From: Acidimicrobiia bacterium
Lineage (GTDB): Bacteria > Actinomycetota > Acidimicrobiia > Acidimicrobiales > Bin134
DNA length: 64,000 nt
Assembly (NCBI GenBank): GCA_022826705.1
Contig: JAJDUJ010000022.1
Span: forward strand, 44,989-108,988
Direction of reading: 5' to 3'
Position 1 is the stretch's first letter, and each line of letters starts with the position of its first letter. A program made the position numbers and the translations under genes. This document shows, piece after piece, positions 16,840-23,611 of the stretch. The notes under the pieces were generated by a model, which did no database searches, was not told the origin of the DNA, and saw only the letters and a list, made by a program, of their open reading frames with translations.

Positions 16840-17982
16840 ATGGCCTCTAGGCTGCAGAGCAGCAGTCCGAACGTCGCTCGAATCACAGAGGTAGAGCATT
16901 CACTGGAACACAGGGCATTCGACTACAGTTGCCAGCCCCAAAGACTGAATTGGCCAGACACAGAATCAGGTGAAGAAAGACGAGGAGCTATGTCGACGGT
17001 CGACATTCGAGACGATGAAGCCTCCAACGGGGCCTCTTCCATACCCACAGATTCGACACCAACCCATGCACACGACAATCAGATCCCACAGAGTCCTTCC
17101 CGCGCAGAACTTCGAACCCGCGCTCTTGAATCTCGGAACAGCTACGAAGTCGGCGAGCTTCCGAGCGAGGAAGAGGGCGCCGAGATTGACAACGCACTGC
17201 ACCTGGAGGCTGAAGACGAGTCCTCACTAGGAGTCGCCTTTAGATTTCTCGTATTGGACGACATCCCGGATGACGAGAGGATTGGTGCTCTTCAGGAAGA
17301 ACGCGGCCACACCAGCCCTGGGACAGCCATCGGCCTGCGACAACACTTGGACGCACTCCGATTTGGCATCTTTCCCCAGGGCACGTCGATGGCGAGGCAA
17401 ATCGCTGCCCGCATGAAGTCCACGATGCGTAGACATGACTTCTCGGATAGCACTCGTGCAGTACTCGAGCGAAACATTGCCGCACTCGAGAAAATCGCAG
17501 CCGACACTGACTTGTTCGAGGACGAACAGCTGCAGGCTGAAGTCGCCGAGCAAAGTTTGGAAGACAAGTTGAGGGGCCGCGCTGGTGTGTACGTCTTTAC
17601 CTATCCCCACTACATGCGCCATCCGACCCACCAGTCGGCTGAATCCGAGAAGATGCCGGACCGCACGCTCCTGAAGGTCGGATTTAGCGACAGCGGCATC
17701 CTGGAACGAGTGAACCAAGAGACCAGCGGGGCGGGAGTGCCAGAGCACCGCCGGGTCCTGCGCGCCTATTTGACGACAGAACGTGAGATTCCTTCGAACA
17801 AGAAGATCGAGCGACAGTTCCACGATCTGCTGGATTCAGCGGGCCATGTGGGACCAAAACGGGGTTCTACAGAGCATCAGCGTGGTGGGAGAGAGTGGTT
17901 CTATACGAGTGTTGAATTCTTGGATCAGGTCGCTGGGCTGTTGGACCTGGAGATAGTTGAGATCGAAGCACCGGACCTCTAA
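16840..17982 (+). CDS. T5orf172/MUG113 (GIY-YIG-superfamily) domain protein with long acidic N-terminal region
   Basis: C-terminal GVYVFTYP...LLKVGFSDSGILERVNQ...IERQFHDLL...GGREWFYTSVEFL matches the T5orf172 pattern. The N-terminal ~230 aa are acidic and low-complexity. Alternative start ATG 16990. Confidence 0.6.
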   Translation: MASRLQSSSPNVARITEVEHSLEHRAFDYSCQPQRLNWPDTESGEERRGAMSTVDIRDDEASNGASSIPTDSTPTHAHDNQIPQSPSRAELRTRALESRNSYEVGELPSEEEGAEIDNALHLEAEDESSLGVAFRFLVLDDIPDDERIGALQEERGHTSPGTAIGLRQHLDALRFGIFPQGTSMARQIAARMKSTMRRHDFSDSTRAVLERNIAALEKIAADTDLFEDEQLQAEVAEQSLEDKLRGRAGVYVFTYPHYMRHPTHQSAESEKMPDRTLLKVGFSDSGILERVNQETSGAGVPEHRRVLRAYLTTEREIPSNKKIERQFHDLLDSAGHVGPKRGSTEHQRGGREWFYTSVEFLDQVAGLLDLEIVEIEAPDL

Positions 17983-18326
17983 TGGGCGTACGAATCCGTA
18001 TCTCAAGGTGAGGGAAGCAACAAGAGAGTGGCAATCTACAGTGACCCATCTCAGTCCTCGGCAAGCCTGAAGCATGCCGTATACCGAAATCGCCTCGCCT
18101 AGTCCAAAGTACCCTCCTTCAAATGGAGCGCGAATCTGAGAGACCCTCTGAGTCACAGGGTTGGCGAATCCACTGGAGGTCTCCGAGGCTGCCACCGCGG
18201 GGAGACCTAAGCGACTACATGCAGGGTCCGGACGCAGAATTCGACGGGACACTACGAGGAGCCTGGAGACTGTGGCGGGAAACAGGCCGTGCACAGAGAC
18301 GAGTGGAGGTGTGGGAGGCAGAGAGC

Positions 18327-18926
18327 ATGCACTACCCGGCAGAGGGCCACATCGACGACATCAGGGCCGCAACCCGTCAACTGCACGAAGTCGCAGAAGC
18401 GAATGGCCTTGAGGTCGTCGAAGACTGGCCTGAATCCTCCACGGCGCTCGCGGAGATTTCTCTCGCCGAGAACCTCGTATTACTGGCACCAGGCCAATCC
18501 GAAGATCTGCTCATGGCTTCGCTGGCCCACGAACTAGGCCACTTCATGGATCCATGGCTACAAGCGAACTGGGAGTGGTACGACAGCTATCGCAATGAGG
18601 GCGACATCGAAATCGTCGCCCAGATGGCCGCCGCCATATTTGCCGACTGGTACGGCATCAACCTACTCGCCAACACCGACGGGTATCTTTCCTACTGGGC
18701 TCGCACCTCCAAGGCCCGTCGAGAAGGCACCGTAGGAGAATTGTTGGAACGGGCCTCCATCAGCGGCCTCAGCCTCCTCCCGCAAACCCAGGACGTGGCT
18801 CACGAACTCGATCGCGCCCACCAACGGGCTAGTTACCGCAACGCCACCTCCGGCTTCCTAGGTCGCTTCTTCCGAAGCGAGCGCCGAGAACAAAAGCTAG
18901 GCATCATCGATTGCAGTGACTGGTAG
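18327..18926 (+). CDS. ImmA/IrrE-like (DUF955) HExxH zinc metallopeptidase
   Basis: LAHELGHF about 68 aa after ATG 18327, which is preceded by GGGAGG with an 8-nt spacer. The pre-motif region (NGLEVVEDWPESSTALAEISLAENLVLLAPGQSEDLLMASLAHELGH) resembles ImmA. The ORF track extends to 18123. Confidence 0.55.
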   Translation: MHYPAEGHIDDIRAATRQLHEVAEANGLEVVEDWPESSTALAEISLAENLVLLAPGQSEDLLMASLAHELGHFMDPWLQANWEWYDSYRNEGDIEIVAQMAAAIFADWYGINLLANTDGYLSYWARTSKARREGTVGELLERASISGLSLLPQTQDVAHELDRAHQRASYRNATSGFLGRFFRSERREQKLGIIDCSDW

Positions 18927-19038
18927 CAATAGTTCAATCTGTCTTGGACCATTCTTCAAGCACTTACTTTCTTGCAAGGAAGGACCGAATGTACTACTTT
19001 TCGCGCCCACAGAAAATTCATAAAGGAACACGGATAGC

Positions 19039-19599
19039 ATGGAAGATGTAACTCAAGTGCTCTCAGCAATTGCATCTGTAGCAGCTGTTGTAATCGCATA
19101 TATATCATACCGAGCTTATAAGTTCCTTCTTCCTTCAGCAGAACTGAAGCGCAAGAAGGATGAGGCAATGAATCAAATTGCTGGACTTCTATTGGAATTT
19201 CACGATCAACAGAAAACTATAGCTAGCGCTTTAGTAAACAACTTTCACTTGGACCCTTATGTTCTGTCATCAAGAGGTCGCAATTCAAGACATCTATATC
19301 GACTGCTAGATAAGGCCATCAAACTTGGGCTATGGCAAGAAATTACAGGCAACCATGATTTGAGTATTACACTGTATACTGCATTTCGACAGAGTTTGGC
19401 TTCCCTAGCAGACTTGGACCCGATCACTGCAGACCCCAATGACTATTTGCCGCAGCATGTTGTAATGGGCACAATCCGACTTGCGGATCAGTGCCGAAAA
19501 TATGAAGGCCTGGACCTTGCTGGCGAAGTAGAAAGCGTGTTTTCCTCCATGTTGACACACCAGTCATTGGAAGAGGCTTGGGACTACTTGAAGTCATAG
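19039..19599 (+). CDS. hypothetical membrane-anchored protein (orphan, about 40% GC)
   Basis: N-terminal TM helix VLSAIASVAAVVIAYISY, then about 150 aa of helical sequence with no motif I recognise. The only long ORF in this AT-rich stretch. Confidence 0.5.
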   Translation: MEDVTQVLSAIASVAAVVIAYISYRAYKFLLPSAELKRKKDEAMNQIAGLLLEFHDQQKTIASALVNNFHLDPYVLSSRGRNSRHLYRLLDKAIKLGLWQEITGNHDLSITLYTAFRQSLASLADLDPITADPNDYLPQHVVMGTIRLADQCRKYEGLDLAGEVESVFSSMLTHQSLEEAWDYLKS

Positions 19600-19621
19600 T
19601 CGAATATTCGGCTCTCAAAGT

Positions 19622-19966
19622 CTAGAGGCAATGGTGTTGGGTGTAGGTGCGGATTTGTTGGCGGGCGGTGGCTACTGCCTCTTCTAGGGCGAAGGCTTTG
19701 CTGAACAGCTCTTGGAGGTCTTCGATCTCGTCGATCTCCCGGGAGGCGTTGGCCACGGTGGTGACTGCCTCTCGAATGTCGGGAGGGGCGGCGTCTTCCA
19801 GAGCATCCAACTGGGCTAATTCCTGCTCGCCTTCAGCGGGACGCATCCCCACCCCGTCCTCGGCCAAATCGCAGAACGCCACAATGTCGCCCCTGTCTTC
19901 TCCGCCGCACGCCACCAACACGACCAAGAGCGACATGCACACCAGCAGGCAGGCGAAGCGCTTCAC
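19622..19966 (-). CDS. small secreted lipoprotein
   Basis: From GTG 19966: VKRFACLLVCMSLLVVLVACGGED is a signal peptide with lipobox LVAC. The 218-aa track ORF is an extension overlapping the upstream thiolase gene. Confidence 0.5.
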   Translation of the reverse strand: MKRFACLLVCMSLLVVLVACGGEDRGDIVAFCDLAEDGVGMRPAEGEQELAQLDALEDAAPPDIREAVTTVANASREIDEIEDLQELFSKAFALEEAVATARQQIRTYTQHHCL

Positions 19967-19983
19967 CCCTCTAGCTTGCCCGT

Positions 19984-21150
19984 TCAGGAGGTGGGCTTGT
20001 CGGAACCCACGATCCACATGGCGTAGTACTGGGCGCCGCCGCCGTAGGCGTGGCCGAAGGCTTTGCGGGCGCCGTCCACCTGGTGATCGCCGGCCATGCC
20101 CCGCACCTGGAGGGCGGCTTCGGCAAAGCGGATCATGCCCGAGGCTCCGATGGGGTTGGACGACAGCACCCCGCCCGAGCAGTTCACCGGAAGGTCCCCG
20201 CCGTCGAGATGGGTGGCTCCCTCCTCCACCAGCTTCCAGCCGTCGCCTATCTCGCAGAACCCCAGGCTCTCCAACCACATGGGCTCATACCACGAGAACG
20301 GCACGTAGATCTCCACCTCGTCGATCTCGCCTCGCCGGTCGGTGATGCCCGCCTGGGCGAACACGTCATCGGCGCAGTCCCGGCTGGCCTGGGGGTTTAC
20401 CTCGTCGCGTCCGGGGAAATTGTTGGCCTCACTGCGCAGGGCCGCGCCGTGGAGCCAGGCCACCGGCTTGGTGGAGGCATCCCCGGCTGCCTCGTCGCCC
20501 AGCACCAGCGCGCAGGCACCGTCGGACGATGGACAGGTCTCAGAGAACCGGATCGGCTCCCACAACATGGGTGACTCCACCACCTGGTCGAAGGTCAGGT
20601 CTTTCTGCTGGAGGTGGGCGTAGGGATTGCGCAAGGCGTGCTGGCGGTCTTTGAACGCCACCATGCAGCCGATCAGCTCGGGGGCGTTGGTGCGGGCCAT
20701 GTACTGGCGGATGATGGGCGAGAAGTAGCCGCCGGCCCCGGCATTGATCGACACCGAGAACGGCTGGGGCAAAGACAGCGCCCAAGTGGCGTTGGACTCC
20801 GACTGCTTCTCAAATCCCAGGGTGAGCACACGGCGATGGATGCCGGCTTGCACTAGCGAGGCGGCCACTACTGCGGTTGACCCGCCCACCGAACCCGCAG
20901 TGTGGACTCGTAGCAGCGGCTTGCCCACCGCCCCGAGCGCCTCGGCCAAGTACAGCTCGGGCTGCATGACCCCTTCGAAGAAGTCGGGGGCTTTGCCCAC
21001 CACCACGGCGTCGATGTCGTTCCAATCCAGTTCGGCGTCTTCGAGCGCCCGATAAGCGGCCTCCCGCACCAGGCCGGGCAGCGACACGTCGCCTCGGGTG
21101 GTCTGGTACTTGGTCTGTCCGACCCCCAGTACTGCGGTGCGCTCGGCCAT
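19984..21150 (-). CDS. thiolase-superfamily protein (SCP-x/Ltp-like), lacks nucleophile Cys
   Basis: MAERTAVLGVGQTKY...CPSSDGACALVL...NCSGGVLSSNPIGASG. The expected acyl-Cys loop reads RVHTAGSVGGSTAV. ATG 21150 overlaps the upstream stop (ATGA). Confidence 0.8.
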   Translation of the reverse strand: MAERTAVLGVGQTKYQTTRGDVSLPGLVREAAYRALEDAELDWNDIDAVVVGKAPDFFEGVMQPELYLAEALGAVGKPLLRVHTAGSVGGSTAVVAASLVQAGIHRRVLTLGFEKQSESNATWALSLPQPFSVSINAGAGGYFSPIIRQYMARTNAPELIGCMVAFKDRQHALRNPYAHLQQKDLTFDQVVESPMLWEPIRFSETCPSSDGACALVLGDEAAGDASTKPVAWLHGAALRSEANNFPGRDEVNPQASRDCADDVFAQAGITDRRGEIDEVEIYVPFSWYEPMWLESLGFCEIGDGWKLVEEGATHLDGGDLPVNCSGGVLSSNPIGASGMIRFAEAALQVRGMAGDHQVDGARKAFGHAYGGGAQYYAMWIVGSDKPTS

Positions 21151-22205
21151 CACTCCCCCTCCATCACGCACACCAGGTTCTGCTGGAGGTAGAGGCCCGA
21201 CGCGGCGTGGCCCAACACCCGGTCGGCTCGCTCGTTGTGGATCTGGGCGGCCGCGTCGGCGATGCGCATGAGGCCGGCGGCCATCATGGTGTGGCCAGCC
21301 AATGCCCCGCCGCTGGCGTTGACGGCAGTGCCGTTGCCCAACCCCAGCTCAAGCTCCAAGATGTGCTCTTGGGTGGTGAACGGGGCGGCCAGCTCAGCGG
21401 CGTCCAATCGATCGTTGCCCGCCCCGGAGTTGACCGCTGCCGCCTGCGCACTGGGTGCCCGGTTCAGGTCGCGCACCCCTGGCTGGTGGGGGTCGATGCG
21501 GTGGTCGATCCCCCTGATCCACGCGGGCCGCTCGCATAGCTCTCGGGCCCGGTCGCCGGCGGCTAGCACCACGGCCACGCCTCCGTCGGCGGAGGCTGCG
21601 CAGTCGCTGGGGCGCAGCGGATCGGCGATGGGGGCCTCAGCCAGCACACTCTCGGTGGTGGCCTCGGCCGACGACCGCACCGCCAGCGGATTGTCGGCTG
21701 CGCCGTTGAGGCTGCGAACCGCAATCTCGGCTAGTCGCTGCTCACTCACGGTCCCGGACTCCAGCATGATGCGGGCCTGAAGCGCGGCCAAGGAGAAGGC
21801 GTCAGGCCACAGCGGTCCCAAGTAGTAGGGGTCGAGCTGGGTGGAGAGCACATCGCGCAGCGATCCGGGTGACGACTTTCCGTAGCTGTACACCAGCGCA
21901 GTGTCCACCCCGCCAATCTGGAGTTTCACCCAAGCCTCGTACAGGGCCCAGGCACCGTCCATCTCCACATGGCTCTCGCTGATGGGCGGCACCGCACCCA
22001 CCGCGTCCAGGGTGTGGACGAATGAGAACGCCTGACCGGCCAGAAAGTCGCTGCTTCCCGAGCAGGTGAACCCGATGTCGTCTTGGGTGAGGCCCACAGC
22101 ACTCCGGGCCTCGTTGATGATCGGCACCATCAGCTCCACCTCAGTGGTGTTGGTGAGCGCCTTCTCCTGGTGCTGGGCCACCGAGACCACGGCGATGTCG
22201 CGCAT
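21150..22205 (-). CDS. thiolase-superfamily protein, second subunit type, lacks nucleophile Cys
   Basis: MRDIAVVSVAQHQ...ESHVEMDGAWALYEAWVKLQIGGVDTALVYSYGKSS...NASGGALAGH. ATG 22205 overlaps the DUF35 stop (ATGA). Confidence 0.75.
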   Translation of the reverse strand: MRDIAVVSVAQHQEKALTNTTEVELMVPIINEARSAVGLTQDDIGFTCSGSSDFLAGQAFSFVHTLDAVGAVPPISESHVEMDGAWALYEAWVKLQIGGVDTALVYSYGKSSPGSLRDVLSTQLDPYYLGPLWPDAFSLAALQARIMLESGTVSEQRLAEIAVRSLNGAADNPLAVRSSAEATTESVLAEAPIADPLRPSDCAASADGGVAVVLAAGDRARELCERPAWIRGIDHRIDPHQPGVRDLNRAPSAQAAAVNSGAGNDRLDAAELAAPFTTQEHILELELGLGNGTAVNASGGALAGHTMMAAGLMRIADAAAQIHNERADRVLGHAASGLYLQQNLVCVMEGE

Positions 22206-22801
22206 CAGCCCTGCTCTCCGGCCGCGGCTTGCTTGGCGTGCCAGGCGTTGGTGCCAGCTGCCGTCACCGGGATGTCGGGCTCGCCGGTGGGCGCCCAGTA
22301 CAAGATGTTCTCCGCGGTGCGGCCCAGTTCGTCGTCGGGCTTCCACACCGCCCGCACCCGCATGCCCATGCGCACCTCAGAGGTGTCGATCCCGGCCACC
22401 AAGCCCAGAAAGCCGATGTCGGCGCCGTCGAGGTGGATCCAGGCGCTCACGTAGGGGATCTCCAGATCGTCCCGGCCGGGAATGGGTAGGCGGGTAACGC
22501 AGAAGCCCCCCACATGGCCGGTGTCGGGCAACTCCACGTAGTCGGGGGTGGCCGCACCGTGGCGGGGGTCCACGCCTCGAGGGGGCACGAACACCGCCCC
22601 GTCGACCGGAGACCGCTGGCCGAGGATCTTGCGGTCGGCAAAGGCGTTCAAATACCCCGAAGAAGCCGAACCGGGAATGAAGTCGTACTCCAGGCGGATG
22701 GGGGTTCGCACCGACCGAACCGGCTCCACATCGGCCAGCTGCTCGGGCAGGCTCACCTCGCCTGACAGCGCGGCGGGGGGGATTCTCGGATCAGCGCTCA
22801 T
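22205..22801 (-). CDS. DUF35 OB-fold acyl-CoA-associated protein
   Basis: ILGQRSPVDGAVFVPPRG...YVSAWIHLDGADIGFLGLVAG...VRMGMRVRAVWKP. Homologous to the C-terminal half of the fused DUF35 protein at 56745-57782. Confidence 0.7.
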   Translation of the reverse strand: MSADPRIPPAALSGEVSLPEQLADVEPVRSVRTPIRLEYDFIPGSASSGYLNAFADRKILGQRSPVDGAVFVPPRGVDPRHGAATPDYVELPDTGHVGGFCVTRLPIPGRDDLEIPYVSAWIHLDGADIGFLGLVAGIDTSEVRMGMRVRAVWKPDDELGRTAENILYWAPTGEPDIPVTAAGTNAWHAKQAAAGEQG

Positions 22802-23244
22802 TGCTTGGCGTCCTCGGGCACAAAGCCCTCAAGATCGGCGATGTGGCCCTCTCGCTCCGGCCGCCATCGGGCCGTCACCCGCATCCCCACCGACAACCCT
22901 TCGGGGCTTTCCACCAGAAGTCCGTGGACCATTGGGGTGTCGGCGCCGTCGAGGCGGATAAGTCCCAAGCCGTGAGGCTGATCCCATGGAGACTGGGCTC
23001 GGGGCGGGTCCACCCAGGTCCAACTCACCAGCTCCCCGCCCGGGCCCACTTCCACCAGATCGGTCAATGGCTCAGAACTCTCCGGGTCGTACTCGGTGGG
23101 CGGGCACAGCACCGTCCCGTCGGGACGGCGAATGCCCAAGATGATCCCCTCCCGCAGACCAGTCAAAAAAGCGCCGATCACCGGGCCGGTGGTCCGGGTG
23201 AAGGGGTACTCCAGCACCAAATCAGCCCGAAGGCGCTCCGCCAT
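22798..23244 (-). CDS. DUF35 OB-fold acyl-CoA-associated protein
   Basis: LEYPFTRTTGPVIGAFLTGLREGIILG...LIRLDGADTPMVHGLL...VGMRVTARWRP. Homologous to the N-terminal half of the fused protein at 56745-57782. Confidence 0.7.
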   Translation of the reverse strand: MAERLRADLVLEYPFTRTTGPVIGAFLTGLREGIILGIRRPDGTVLCPPTEYDPESSEPLTDLVEVGPGGELVSWTWVDPPRAQSPWDQPHGLGLIRLDGADTPMVHGLLVESPEGLSVGMRVTARWRPEREGHIADLEGFVPEDAKQ

Positions 23245-23248
23245 CGAT

Positions 23249-23611
23249 TTAGCCCTTCCCGTCCACCGAGATGGTGCCCGCGTCGGTGTCGATGATCACC
23301 GTGGTCCCATCAGCCGGCTCGTCGCCGTCGAACTCCACCCCCATTAGGCAGGGGATCTGGAAGTCTCGGCTGATGATGGCCAGGTGGCTTTCGATGTCGC
23401 CCGAGCGGCACAGGATTCCGGCCAGATCGGCCTCAATAGGAGCCAAAAACGTGGCCCCGGCGTCCTTCACCAGCGCCACCGTCTCAGAGGCGACATCATC
23501 ACCGGCGTCGAGCACCGCGATCACGTCGTCCGGCGTGTCGAATCGCATCAGCCGGCCCTGGCCGGAGATGCCCGAGAAAACCGGGCTGCCCCGGCCCAGA
23601 ATTTCGCCCAT
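23249..23611 (-). CDS. stand-alone PEP-utilising-enzyme mobile (swivelling phospho-His) domain protein
   Basis: GDIESHLAIISRDFQIPCLMGV...DGTTVIIDTDAGTISVDG parallels the GGxTSHAAIVAREhGIPAVVG...V.VDG..G pattern. ATG 23611 overlaps the ADH stop (TGATG). The track start is TTG 23614. Confidence 0.65.
   Translation of the reverse strand: MGEILGRGSPVFSGISGQGRLMRFDTPDDVIAVLDAGDDVASETVALVKDAGATFLAPIEADLAGILCRSGDIESHLAIISRDFQIPCLMGVEFDGDEPADGTTVIIDTDAGTISVDGKG

Larger units (their letters stand above)
16150..19621. other. low-GC compositional islet (probable horizontally acquired accessory DNA)
   Basis: Hand counts: 19081-19140 = 24/60 GC (40%); 17041-17100 = 31/60 (52%); flanking 20041-20100 = 44/60 (73%). 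The five ORFs have no metabolic function, and three run opposite to the flanking operons. Confidence 0.6.

Noticed and set aside
17989-18000. TACG-AATC-CGTA mini-hairpin 7 nt after the T5orf172 stop, considered as a terminator or tRNA fragment.
   Set aside because: It has only a 4-bp stem, no U-tract and no cloverleaf context, so it is too weak to call.
17836-18294. 152-aa minus-strand ORF in the gap between the T5orf172 and ImmA-like genes, considered as a possible missing HTH partner.
   Set aside because: It has no HTH-like helix-turn-helix pattern and no SD. It overlaps both neighbouring + strand genes, and its composition looks non-coding.
19601-19610. Perfect 10-bp palindrome CGAATATTCG between the convergent stops at 19599 and 19622, considered as an att core or terminator.
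   Set aside because: A loop-less palindrome of this size occurs by chance in AT-rich DNA. I found no second copy at the other islet boundary.
16150-19621. Calling the low-GC islet a prophage, ICE or transposon.
   Set aside because: I found no integrase, recombinase, transposase, terminal inverted repeats, flanking direct repeats or tRNA target. Only composition and gene content suggest horizontal origin, so it is listed as a compositional islet only.
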